A DNA stretch of 64,000 nt from Selaginella moellendorffii. Lineage: Eukaryota > Plantae > Lycopodiophyta. The stretch lies in NCBI RefSeq assembly GCF_000143415.4, contig NW_003314318.1, positions 310,001 to 374,000 on the forward strand, given 5' to 3'. Each line of letters begins with the position of its first letter. The first letter of the stretch is position 1. A program made the position numbers and the translations under genes. Below the pieces are notes generated by a model that worked only from the letters and a program-made list of their open reading frames with translations, was not told the origin of the DNA and did no database searches. Positions 10,261 to 22,481 of this stretch are shown piece by piece.

Positions 10261-12009
10261 GCAATAAGAAATGTTGTTTTGATTCACAAAAAAGTTCTAT
10301 TTGCATCCATAAGCAAAATGAAGTGTAAGTTGAAGCACTTGTTAAATACTAATGACCATTGGGATTTTGTCAAAAGCAATATAAAAAACCTAAATTTTCT
10401 TAGTTAGAGCTTTTGTTTTTTGGCCAAAAGAAACCTTGTGCTATTAAACCATCACTTCCAGCAATCTTCACTTCAGTTATAGCAACTTAACATCTATTGT
10501 TCCTCTCATTTACCCTATGATATTTTTTATCTATGAATAATTTCATGTTACTTGAATATATTGATATAAATTTTAACCCAAATTTTTTTATAGCAATTGG
10601 ATAAAAGTTTCTTATGTTTTGTTTGCAGGGGCAATTGCTCTAAGAATCTTGGAAACACAAAGCTTCTGATCAGCCTCTTACCATTTTAAGGCATTTTAGT
10701 GTATTATAGAGAAAAATATGCAAAAGCAATTTTTTTTATAGAACCTAATTTTCCTCTTCTACTTGTGCTTAAGTTGTTTTCTTTTTCCTTTTGCAATGTA
10801 GTGTCAATAAAAATCCAACTTTGCATGTTGAGTAAAGCTATACGTTGATTTTCTAAACAAGTGTGGAGGTTGCATGTTAATATGCTCAAGATCTAGCAAT
10901 TTTTGCATTGATAAATTGTCTATGAAGAGCAAATTTTGAGCAAATTTTGGTAATATTGCTCTTGCTAAGGCAGAAGAACTTTCTATTTCTGAAATGTAAC
11001 TAATCTTATCTTTCTACTTTTTTACTCATGTAGTGTGTTTTAGTAAATACAAGAAAACAGTGAGATGGTATGAAGGAGTTCCAATTATAAAAACCACAAG
11101 CACATTTCTTGTAAAAGATCAATCTAACAATTGTTGCTCTCAAGTTTGCATGTTGCAAATGATAAACTACCAATGAGAAGAGTAATGAATCCATCAATCA
11201 CTATAGCCACCATAGCCAACTCTAAGATGTCTTTTCCAATGATTTTGTGTAGATGGATATTTTCCCAAATTTAGTATGCTCTACTTATTTTAACCCCTAC
11301 AATTTTAGGGTTCTAGAGAACCGAGAAATATTTCTATTGACCAATTTTTATATGCATATTGCCTTTTTCAGTTGACTATGAATAATATTCTGTACTAGTA
11401 TTTGACTGATTTCTTTTGCAATATTATATAATATAATGCTTGAATATAATCTAATAGTCTATCAGGGCCAGTGCTTTTTTATCAGTGTGGGCCATACTTC
11501 AAACGAGTAGGAGAGAGAACACTATCACTATGCCAAGTGAAAAGAAAATCCTATTGAAATTAGTTCCAAAGTATATATTTTATTTATAGTGTTTGACAGT
11601 CTCAATGCACTGTAGATGTTTTCTTTAGAAACACTAGTTCTACTATTATAAGAACTTGAGCAAACAAATGTGGGTTTTCAACTACTATTACTATTATCTT
11701 TCTGATATTAGATTGCCAATAAAAGCACAGTGTGAAAAATGGATAATATTTATCAATCATAGAGTATCTATACAAATCTGGTGGGATATGTTTCCAGGTA
11801 AAAATTTCTTTTGTGCTTTTCTATTCTAACTCAATATTAATAAAAGTTTCATTAATTATAACATGGTTATTCTAGCTAATGGTTTCTCACTTCACAATAG
11901 TTTTAAAATAGTTCATTGATGATGGTAAAGCTAAATGGCTTAGATCTTAAAATACATTGAAAGAATGCTTTCACAGTTTAGAGAGCAGAAGTTTGACTAC
12001 TCTTTTGGG

Positions 12010-12535
12010 AGTACTCCCTTTACTTATCCCTAGCCTAGTGGGACTATAGGTTTAATCTAGGGATTAAATTGAACTATTAGATATTAATTTCAATATGTGA
12101 TATAATTCCTTTAACTTAACTAACAGAGTTGAGCTTGGAGAAGATATTTAGCCCAATAAGCTAAATTTGACTGTTAGATATCAATTTCAACATGTGATAT
12201 ATTTCCTTTATCCAACTAACAAAATCAAACTATATTTAAGATCTTTAGTTCTGACTAGCCCAGTAGGACTAAACTACATAACCAAGTATCAATCTCAATA
12301 TCTAATATAATTCCTCTAACCAGCCAACAAAATTTAATTTAAGACCCTTTTAATATCAAATTTAAGCTTTCTAGTTCAGAATTCTTAGGAAATCACCTTC
12401 CAATACTATTCATAATTTAAAATGATTAACTCTATGAACCAGTTAAAAAAGAAAGTGCATTTTTGTTCATAAACCCCTTCTATTTGTTAATTTTAATGGA
12501 CCTTCTCCCAGACCATTCCTTTTAGTTGTTTACAT
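12010..12535 (-). mobile_element. Highly decayed inverted TRIM copy with about three tandem copies of an internal-domain segment
   Basis: LTR-like ~12361-12534 (aaagtgcatttttgttcat...gtttaca). The unit 'tagatatcaatttcaacatgtgatata..cctttatccaactaac' recurs at ~12080, ~12175 and ~12290 and is the reverse complement of the TRIM internal domain. Confidence 0.6.
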
Positions 12536-12677
12536 ATAATTATAATATTTCTTTATAACTACATTAAGTGAGGAATTATTTTAAAAAGATGTAGATTAAT
12601 ATAATTTACAAGTCTAATAAATTTTTAAAAAATCCTTCCTCTCTTTGATAAGATTAGAATGGGCAACTCTATGGACA

Positions 12678-12683
<6 letters not shown>

Positions 12684-12734
<51 letters not shown>

Positions 12735-12740
12735 TATATA
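12684..12740. repeat. (TA)n microsatellite
   Basis: Long TA run. Confidence 0.95.
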
Positions 12741-13270
12741 ATTATTAATAATTTAAAATTTTTATTCGTAGAGATTAAACCGATAATAATAAAGCTTAAT
12801 ATTACTTCGTAAGAGTTAAAAGAGGTTCTTATGACATAAGACTAAGCAAATCGATACAAAGTGGAACTAATCTCACCCAATGCCACAACGTTGCCTGCCT
12901 GGTAGCAACTTCAACCTCCATGGACAATTCTTACCTGTCATATAAAATCCCACCTCCTTTCACCAAAACCTTCCTGAATGGATTCTGGAAGAAAAGTTCA
13001 AGACTCTCTGGCTGCAACAAAGTGCCTAAGCTCCACAGGATCAGTCCCACCAGGACCTGCTGCAGCAGTGGAATGGACCCCAGGAATTCCATGGCTGCAG
13101 CCGGAGGAGATGATTCAAATGAAAGACACCAAAATTGAGAAACGGGAGTGCGTACATTGTCCCAGATCCACCTCATTACCATTGATCGTGAAGAGCAACA
13201 GCCCTGCAATGTAGCAAGGCCTAATACGGAAACAGCAAAGTCGAGACGACTTTATTAGGTGGTAGTGTTT

Positions 13271-16106
13271 TCAAACTACAAGAAGAGGAGATAAATGGCG
13301 AACCTCGGACAACATGTCCAGAACGCCTGCTGAATCAGCCTGCCTGATAACAATTCTTCTGCACAACGGATTCTGGGAATTCATGATCTTCGACCGCTCC
13401 GACTGCTCTATGTAATGGTCGGAAGAGTATATATAAACAATATTTGATAGATCATAGCATCCTGCCAAAGGAAAAAAATAAACAAAAATGAGCTAAGAAA
13501 ACAAAATAAAATACCTGCTGACTGTGTTGGATAGTCGACTTCTTCATGCATCCCAACAAAATTATCATACCTCAACTTTGATGCTCGTTTAGAACGGGTG
13601 AGTCTGGATGGTCCACTCGAGGGTGCTGGAGATGAAGGTATGTTGTCACGCAACCGCTTGCGTGACAGGACCTCCTGTTGTAAATCTGTAGGCGCAGGCC
13701 CGAACTCGTCCAAATCAATGTTATCACACAACTGCTGAACCTCCTGTCGTAAATCTGTAGGCACAGGCCCGAACTCCTCCAAGTCAGCGGTTGTCAAATG
13801 CTCCAGACGAGCTACCCCTGTCAAGTCCGAGAGACATGACCAAAAGATCGTGGCAGCATCTGACTGTGGTTCTTCTTTCGCATCATCAGACGACCTTGTT
13901 TGGGTGATAATGAGGAAGTTGTCAAGAACGTGCACAGAATCCAAACCAGAATTCCCACTGGCGAGTAGAGAAAACCTAGGGCCTCGACGCAAAACCAGTG
14001 CTTGTAGAGCAGCTCCAGTAACTTGGTCCATTGTCCTGTATGGCGTAAGCCGGCCTTCATCTGGATAAGGTAGAACTAGCGACTCCAGATCCCTATGAAT
14101 ATCCCAAACACACGGAATGATATCTCGCAGCCTGCAAAATCATCTTAGTCACCGAAGATGCATAAAGAGAAAAGCTTTTTACCTGAACACACGAGGTGAT
14201 CCTTCTTCTACTAAGGGTGACTTCAGAAGAAAGATCATAAAGGCTATGAATTGTAAGTCGCTCAATTCCCGTCCACGAAATCTTCGCTCCGTAGCAGATG
14301 TGAAGCAAGTGACAAAATAGTCGTTGCCACTGCTCTGCATTGCGAGAGCAAGCAAGGGAGGAAAGTGTACTCGACAGCGCCACTGATCAGGTTCAAGTGA
14401 AGCATTGGAATCCACAAGCTGCAACGATATTAGCCCTTTCTGCTCTAAAGCGCCCCAAGAGTTTTCCTCAAACTGGATCACACGTATGTCGTTGCTGTCT
14501 ACAACCGGGTCCGACCTGTAGATGACGGTACCCAGCAGAGAATGCCGCAGAGCAGTTAGCAGTATAGCAAAACCAGTACCGTGTTCATACTTGCCGATAC
14601 TCCATGAAGTGAGAGAGATTGTATTTTTCAGAGTTGCCATGAGAATATCAGTGGTGAACTCCTGAGCGGTCTGTAAGAGTGTTGCTGCGCAGATGCGTTC
14701 CGATGGGTCGCTGGTAAGCATTCCCCTTATCATGTATCCCAAGTGTCGGGGCATCCCTCCAATAAGTGAAATGCAGAGTTTGAGTATGTTGCTCGGGCAG
14801 AATTTCTCGCTGCGGCCAAGTGTAACGGAAAGCCTGCTAAAGAAGTTTGTAACAACCGTAACAGCATCCTCGGCCTTCAGAGCGGACACAGGAATCGGAA
14901 TATGTGGAGTTCTTCCCAGCCTGAAGGACGCAGCCTTATCTGATGCAGTGACCACAAGTAAAACGTTTGTCTCCCTTGAAGCTTGGAAGGAGTAAACATA
15001 AGACGATAATACCTCCTGCAGCCAGGAGGTATTCCCAAGATACTCGGCACAATTAATTTCGTCGAGGAATAGTGATACGAGAATCGGCCTCTGGTGGGAT
15101 GGGGATGTCTCCACGGCTTTACGGAAGAAAATAAGCACGTCATTCAGAGTAATCCTCGTGGCGATGTGTGCAATAGAATGTAGCATACTTTCATACGACA
15201 GAGTGGGCACAGGCTTGGAAACAGCCGCAAAGAGAAGCCTGAACCTCCATGCATCAGAAAAACAATCAGAAAACAAAAAACTACATTTCCATACCTTAAT
15301 GCCAGAATCTGCTCAAAAGATTTCGAGGAAGCTAGCTTCCTCTCAACGGGATAGAGTAGACCCCCTTGATGGTCGTGGATGTTGTGATACAAACTGGCGT
15401 TATAACCCAAAGAGTCCTGCACCATCTGAATGAAATCACGATTCACCAGCAGCTTCCGAGACTTGAGAAACTCAATGGCATCTCCCGACGTCCAAAACTT
15501 CCTGAAGAGAGCAGGAAAGTCCCTGCCAATGGTAGACTTGCCTGCCCCAGGATACGCAATCAATGCGTTGAAGTGAGGATCCCTGAGACCCGCATCCACG
15601 GAGGCACTGCACGTATTGGCCCGTGTGAAGTTTCGGAACGCCAAAACAGCACCATACACCAGCGAACAGAGTGTCTCATGCCTGCCGACAATTGGAAAGC
15701 AGAGCCCCGGATCATCTCTCGGTATCTGCAGATCACCTAGGCCGTCCATGGGAAGCCTGTCATCTTCTCTCAGGGGGTTCCTCTCCAGACTGACATCTCG
15801 GGCTTCCCGTAAACGGTCAGCATAGATGCGGCAGAGCTCTGCAACGACATGCTCTGGCCCTGGTTAAAACGAAACCGCAAGTTTATCAGGACAAAGAAAG
15901 CACAATATTTAGCACATACCTTGAATGGCGTAGACATAGCTGCCTGCGTGCAACCTTTCCTCTATGAGGGGAAAACCCTCAGCATCGAGTAGATCTCCAA
16001 CACCATACAGCCTCTCAAGACGCGATAGGACACTTTCTTTACAACTATCAACCCTGAAAGCCTTGGAACTCCCGCCTGGCACAGCTACACTCACATACCC
16101 TTCCAT
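13271..16106 (-). CDS. Crinkler/RHS (CR)-like protein: N-terminal header, P-loop NTPase, restriction-endonuclease-like domain
   Basis: Introns 15860-15919, 15239-15294 and 14132-14182 join the ORFs in frame. Walker A AYPGAGKS, Walker B LFLDEIN, GGMPR motif, and REase-like GNSGLDSVHVLDNFLIITQTR. The 3' exons below ~13570 are uncertain. Confidence 0.65.
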
Positions 16107-17139
16107 ACGGAGTTGAAACCCTACCCAGTGACTCTAAAACCCAAAACGGTACTACACGGACGGCCAGGATCGGGCCTAATCGATGGCCTAAAAGTTTTCA
16201 GGGTTTAGATACTCCATTATGAACTATATGCTCCATCTCTAAACTGATTTGCAACTATGATTATTTTTGGAGGATGACTCTTGCTTCCAATGATACAATT
16301 GGTCAAATATCAATGTACTGATATTTGAAAAAATCCACCATGTAAAATATAAGTGATCTTTGGAGAAACTCTAGGAGTAAACAAACTTTATGGAAGAAAC
16401 AATCTGGTGTGGACCGAAGTTTCTAGTAAACATGAGAATCTAGCCTGGGTATCGGGATAGCCACAAGAGGTTGACTCTTTTGACATACCAGTCCAAAATA
16501 TGTTTGATCCATGTTCAGTTTTGCTGGATCACCAAGATCGCGCAATACCAATCTGGACAGCATCAAGTCCAAGCTTTGCACCGGGACAAACTCTCCTTCC
16601 TGTTCCAAACCGAAAGACATCAATTTCTGGCAAGTCGATGAAACATTGTGGCCGAAACTCTATAGAGGATCTCTCATAGAGACCAATCGAGACCAATCAG
16701 GATGTGTGAGGCTCACGGCCCACACATCCTGCTTTGATCTGCCTACCATTCCACCGCAGTCTTGATATTGCAAACAAATATCAACCATGGATGTTACAAT
16801 ATCTTGGGAAAAATATGCAATTCAAGTTTCCTGCTCAGAAGTGGTATTAACTGAACAAAATGTTTTGAACGTTGTAAAAAAGCTTTCTAATGATTGTGTG
16901 GCCTGATCACTCTTTCTCACACACTCTCACAGTCTCGGCATACACAAGGCAACATCGAGATGAAAAGATGAAACGAATGCATCGCTGTTGAGCAGAGCCG
17001 AGATAAGGTGAGAGAAAGTTAGACTGGTCCCGAGTTTTGGATCAGTAGGGTTTATTGGGTTTTGAGTGGGAATTTTTAAATTGTGTAATTTGTAAAGATT
17101 TTCCAGGCTGACAATCAACTGTTGGAGATTCTTTGAGTG

Positions 17140-17910
17140 TTGATGCATTGGCAAAGCTTGGCACCAAACTTTCATCCCACATCACGGTCTCGGTAGGATA
17201 CAGTGGAAGACCATTGATGAAATCCCTTTCTCAAAGGCTGAGACTAGAACTTCTTTTAAAAAATCACCCTGTCTGCCCAAGTATCTGTTGCCAGCATCAA
17301 CTGTGCACGAAAATGTCAGACATGAAATCCACGTACAGCGCTTTATATATACCTTGTTGCAGACCAAATCTTTTAATTCTTGAACGCTCAGCTTCGATAA
17401 CCACTTTGTCAATTCTTTGCGATTGTTTAACGCCCCGGCATTCCACAGTGCCATCTCTTTAAGCTGCACATAAAGTCAGTCTCAAATTGACTAGTATTCC
17501 TCGTACAAACCTTGGGCTCCTGGTTAAATGCTAAGAGTTGAAACGAGTGAATAAAATTGCAGTGCCTCTTCAAGACGTTAACTTCGAAATCCGCATAGAA
17601 CTGAAGTAAGTCCACGAGTTTCCGGAAGAGCACTCCTTGAACAACCGCCAGATCTTTTCGGAATCTTCAGAATACAGGGGTGAGTGACAGCACCGATGAC
17701 TACGAAAAACCAAAGCCTGGCATCTGGCTAAGAAGATCAATTAAAAACTCTACAGAGCACTCACAAAACAGAAGAGCCGATGCGTCAGTCTCACTTCCCA
17801 CAACAGCACCATCGAGAACCTTGAAAGCACCGGTTTAGTACGTAAAATTGTACCATCGATCCACTTTACCTTTCATCAAAGATGGCAGAAACCGTACTTC
17901 CAGCTTTCTT
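17140..17910 (-). pseudogene. AQR: Fragment of intron-binding helicase Aquarius (AQR/EMB2765) N-terminal region
   Basis: Peptides LFRKLVDLLQFYADFEVN, SFQLLAF, LKEMALWNAGALNNRKELTKWLSKLSVQELKDLVC and INGLPLYPTETVMWDESLVPS match remembered AQR sequence. There is a frameshift near 17220 and the rest of the gene is absent. Confidence 0.75.
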
Positions 17911-18187
17911 ATAGAGCAATTCCAAACGCATCAAGCCCGACATGTCCGGGGCCGGATATGTCCGGAGCCCGACCAAACGAGGTTAAATCTTCTAAACTTA
18001 GAAAAACTAAAAACCTGAAAAAGATTTTAATGGAATCTTTTAAATATTCATAACAACCTTTCCCCAGAAAGTAAAGAAAGGTAAAAGAAAAGAATTTTTT
18101 GAACTCAGTTAACATGACGTGCTTGATGCAGTGTTTATAAATTAGGTCAAGTTAGGTCATAAATTTTCATAGAATTAGGTCAAGGCT

Positions 18188-19237
18188 ATGGATGCTGGCG
18201 GGCTGATATGGGGCGCTGGAGGCGCGATCCAGACGCGCCGAGCTCCAGTGGGGAACGATTCCAGGGACGTGTTTAGGGATCTCATCTACACGGAGCGTCC
18301 ATTTTGGAGGAAGACGCGCTTGAGCACCAGCAACATGGTGGCCGCCATCGCCGGATTTCGCGAGAGGTACGAGGCAATGCCGGGGCTCCACAGGCGCTGG
18401 GGCGAGGCGTATGGATCCATCCAGGGCTTGGCGCAGTTCCTCTTCCAGGCCAACAGGATCGAGCAACAAGGCTACGAAAGCTTCGATCTCACGCTGGACG
18501 CCGTGCGCGGCGGCAAGCATCTGGCCACCGCCCGCCACGACGATCGCCGCGCAGAGGCGATGCGATGCCTCAACCTCGCGCTGGCCAGCGTCATCGACCA
18601 GAAGATCCCGCGATTCAGCGTGGAGGGGATCGCTCTCGCGCACGAGACTCTGCTGGCAACGTCCAAGCCCGAGATCGCAGGGAGGATTCGAGACGAGGAT
18701 GCGTTCACGCGGACGAGCGTGGGATACTGGCGGATGTTCCGGCGGCCCGCCAGCGTGGCGGCCGAGCTGGCGGAGCTCGTGCGTGACTGTAACCTCTCGC
18801 TGGCGGGGATATTCCGGGACATTGGTGACGTGGCCGAGCGCTGCCATGCCCTGCTGGAGCTTGGCGGCCAGCTCTTCTACCAGTTTGAGGCAATCCATCC
18901 CTTCAGGGATGGGAATGGGAGGATTGGGCGGATTCTTTTGGCGGCGGCGGTGAGGAGCATTGGGCCTCCACATCCAAATGTTTTGCTGGAAGATCGAGAT
19001 GGGGAGGATGACGGCGTGGATCCACCGTTTGTGGATCGAGAGAATTACATTCACTGCTTCGAGCGTGCGGATCATTTGGGCGACAAGGTGGACACGCTTT
19101 ACAATCTTCCGGTGTTCTACTCGGACAAGCTGGGAAGCCCGGACGATCTCACTGCCATGATCGCCGAGGGGATTTACGTGTCGTGGAAGAGGTTCTTCCG
19201 TGCCATGGAGGAGGCTTCTACTTCAACTGAGGAGTGA
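18188..19237 (+). CDS. Fic/DOC-domain protein (putative AMPylase), intronless
   Basis: 349-aa ORF with the canonical motif HPFRDGNGRIGR. Upstream ANRIEQ resembles the (S/T)xxxE(G/N) inhibitory motif. Confidence 0.9.
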   Translation: MDAGGLIWGAGGAIQTRRAPVGNDSRDVFRDLIYTERPFWRKTRLSTSNMVAAIAGFRERYEAMPGLHRRWGEAYGSIQGLAQFLFQANRIEQQGYESFDLTLDAVRGGKHLATARHDDRRAEAMRCLNLALASVIDQKIPRFSVEGIALAHETLLATSKPEIAGRIRDEDAFTRTSVGYWRMFRRPASVAAELAELVRDCNLSLAGIFRDIGDVAERCHALLELGGQLFYQFEAIHPFRDGNGRIGRILLAAAVRSIGPPHPNVLLEDRDGEDDGVDPPFVDRENYIHCFERADHLGDKVDTLYNLPVFYSDKLGSPDDLTAMIAEGIYVSWKRFFRAMEEASTSTEE

Positions 19238-19892
19238 TATAATACTCGAACAATGTTCTAGGCATATCCGCTCTTGACTTTGATTAAATCAAAACCGTTG
19301 GCTCAGTTATTTGAAAGAAGCAGAAGAAGACATAGCTTCACATCAGAACATTAAACGGTTGTGAGCTTGGATCGCAAGAAGATGCAAATTTCCGGAATCA
19401 TCTCCCATTTCAGTGACCACCCTCTTTCGCTAGCGGTTTTCGACTCATCCTGCAGACCGACAAGCGATATTGTTCAATGCCTATTGCAGGTACTTGCTCG
19501 ATCAAGGCAGCCCAGCAAAATAGTCTCTCTCCTGCTGCCACTGAGGGAGGTGGCCTAGAATGGACAGTTTGTTCATGTAAGTGTAATCACTCGTCCTGCA
19601 AGACTGATCAGTTGGCTAAGGAATCCAGAGGAAAAAAAATTGTACTTACATCCAAAAATCCCTGCTGGAAGACCGAGATTGAATCACCATTTCACTTGCA
19701 AGAAAGTTCCGAGACGTGAACTTTCTGAAGCAAGCTCGACAACTGATCTGTCGCCCTTAGAAGCATTGGCATCCAGAACCTCAGCCTCATCAACTATGAC
19801 TATCACCACGCCGGTCAACAAAAGTCAACTAAGGTAAACTCTACCTTGATATAACTGTGCAGGGGTTTATTTTTTGGAGAGATAGAGTAGCA

Positions 19893-20467
19893 ATGGCGCT
19901 AGTCATGGCGATGGCACCATGCCAGGGACTGGGAGGAGCAACCACATTGCGATTCCGGCCAATATCCACTCCACCAAGCAAGAGAGGTATGGCAACCATC
20001 GTCATGGCAGTGCCCAAGAAGCGAACCTCCAAAACCAAGAGGAAAATCCGCCATGCCGTGTGGATGCGCAAAGCTCGAGTAGCCGCCGACAAGGCCCTGT
20101 CCCTCGCAAAGTCCGTTCTCACTGGTCGCTCAAACAGCTTCTACTACGAGACCGATGATCAACCTCCTGCGGTAACTTCCCCAATCCAAAAATTCTCTCT
20201 CGGTCTCTGTTACTCAAGTTTCGCGTTTTTGGAGCCCAGGAAACACCCAAATGCTTTGGCGATGGCTATGGTCTGACAGAAGAGGGAATGCTCGACGAGG
20301 AGGAAGAAGACATGTTAGAAGAAGTAAGTCATTGTCATTCCTTTTTATGTTTAGCTTACTTGGAGTTGCGATTCCAGGCTCGGTTCAATGCGAGAGCAGT
20401 GGTGGTCGGCATAAATTTCCTCAATCTCCTGGCAGCAGCGAGGCTTGCTGGAAGAACACGCTTGTAA
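19893..20467 (+). CDS. rpl32: Nuclear-encoded plastid ribosomal protein L32 with N-terminal transit-peptide-like extension
   Basis: [20 protein letters not shown]...[17 protein letters not shown] preceded by a ~37-aa Ala/Thr/Arg-rich leader. Probable introns 20172-20239 and from 20324. 3' end uncertain. Confidence 0.8.
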
Positions 20468-20519
20468 GTTGTAAGTTGTTCTCCAGGAAAGAGAAAGAGA
20501 AGCTCCTCCGTTTAAGTCT

Positions 20520-22432
20520 CTATAGTGATGATGCGTGCATGTAGACTAGCTCATCGCGGGAAGCAAGCCATGTACTCCACAGTTCGTCGTCATCGGATTC
20601 TAGTGAGTTTCAAAAGGTTGAGCTCCGCTTTTGATCAAGCTTCCTACAAGTACCTCGAAAGACGAGTTTCGCCGGTGTGCAGCTGATACCAGTTTCTGTG
20701 TGTAACAGGCTGCCAGTTCGTAAGCTCCAGATCCTGACAGCATTGTCTTCACATCCTGTCATCCGAAGCCATCCATCTCATGCCCGTTTTCCATTTTATC
20801 TCAAAACTTCAAACCTGACATAAGAACCGTTCCAGTCGGATCTATGCCAAGCTGCAGGGATGAAAACGAGTTCTTATGTCCTTCGAAGGAACGCAACCAT
20901 CCTCTTCCCACAAGACGCCGATCCCACAGCCGAATCTGATCAAATAATAAAAGCTAGTGAAAACCGAAAGCAGTGAGACTTACACTGTCGCTCATGTCAC
21001 TGGCTACCACGTAAGATTCATCCGATGGAAGCAGCAGCAAGCTAAAGAAATCCGTGATTAGAAGAATGCTCCATGACAAAGCAGAACCTCTACCTACAAA
21101 CGGATGATTTCATGCGTATGCTGTTCCTTGAATCCATCTTCTGTAATCAGGAAGGACTGAGCTTGATAGAATCGAAGCACAAGCATTTGACTTACCCAAA
21201 ACCGCCGTTCGCGGATATCAAGTGACAAGATGCAGCCATTCCGAAATCCACACACGACAATATTTCCCTGCAAGTCAATCGAACTAGGAAAAGAAAAGGA
21301 AGGCAACGGAGAGCAAGCTTACGGTGCTATCGGTTTTCTGTGACAAAACGTCGTGGGGACAGTGATATATCCAGCTTCGCTGCCCAGTTTGCAGGTTCAC
21401 CACCCCAGCTCTGGTGTGCGTTCCTGTGAAGATCAATAATAGCTTGCGCAATGACAGAGAAAGAGCTTTACCAATTGATGCTTTAGTTCCGCACGGGAAC
21501 ATGTCCGCGGTCCACACTGTATAGTTTGTCCTCACATCGGCTGTGACTGCCAGAGTATCGAGATCGAGTACTTGCAAGCTACCGCCAGTAGCATTTCCCA
21601 GCCTTGCAACTCTGGGATGAAACTCAGTCAGATAAGTAGCTGAAAGAGAAACAAAAGAAGAAGGTACAAGGCACCATACATTGCGATTTTGTGCGGATTT
21701 TGCTTAGTTGACAGCGTCTTGATCGCAGTAACCATGGAAGAACCACCGGCGCATAGGGAGCGATTTACAGCGAGAGATGGCGGTCTCCTTCCAGGCTCTA
21801 GCAGAGACTCGTTCTTTGGCAATGGATGGATTATCATTGAGAAACGATCGTTTGGACGACGACAATATGTTTCGGATACAACACTGCACAGAAAAACAAA
21901 AGTGTGAGATGGGAGAGGAAAGAACAGACCCTTGGAAGAAAACTTACAAGGCTGCTCCTTGAGAACTACCCATGAACACTGCATTGTTTTCGAAATAGCC
22001 GCAATATCCCCAGCCCACAGCGCACTGGGGCGTAATAACACCATATCTCCATGTCTGTAGACACAAACACGAGAGACAATGAAAACAAAGAAAAAAAAAA
22101 AGAATCCAAATACCTGAGGACGAACTGAGAATGTTTCCACTGTAGATCGTCGGAAGAACACTGGATTCCTTGGGAAGATTTCCCTGTCGAGCAGTAGCTT
22201 TGGAATCGGAATGACTTTCTTCTTCCCAGCCTGGTAAAATTCCCATTAAATCCGAGTAAAGCATACCAAATAGATGCCTCTGGAGTTGCCGCCGCCGCTG
22301 GCGCTTCCTCCGGCTTCCGCGAGATCGGGAAGTACCGATTCCGCTCGGTGTCGAAGTAAAATCCAGGAAGATCTGCGAGAAATCGTGTCACAACAGGGAC
22401 GATCAAAGCCTCGCGCCCTTACCTACAGGCAT
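20520..22432 (-). CDS. DCAF4/WDR21-like WD40 repeat protein (multi-exon)
   Basis: N-terminal DLPGFYFDTERNRYFPI motif. WD-like segments GFRNGCILSLDIR, IRLWDRR and GCEDNAVRIWSLRTG. Short GT-AG introns. Confidence 0.8.
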
Positions 22433-22481
22433 TTTTCCTAAGAACCCTAAAATATCGCAGGGGTTTAGGGTTTAATCGGCT

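Noticed and set aside
10260-12000. AT-rich region possibly a decayed DNA-transposon gene
   Set aside because: No long ORF, motif or termini identifiable by eye.
16423-16770. Kelch-like coding remnant on the minus strand
   Set aside because: Only a GG motif and an interrupted frame; insufficient evidence.
18167-19075. Long antisense ORFs over GC-rich genes (Fic, CRF, eIF4B, bHLH)
   Set aside because: Shadow ORFs expected from GC-rich codon usage.
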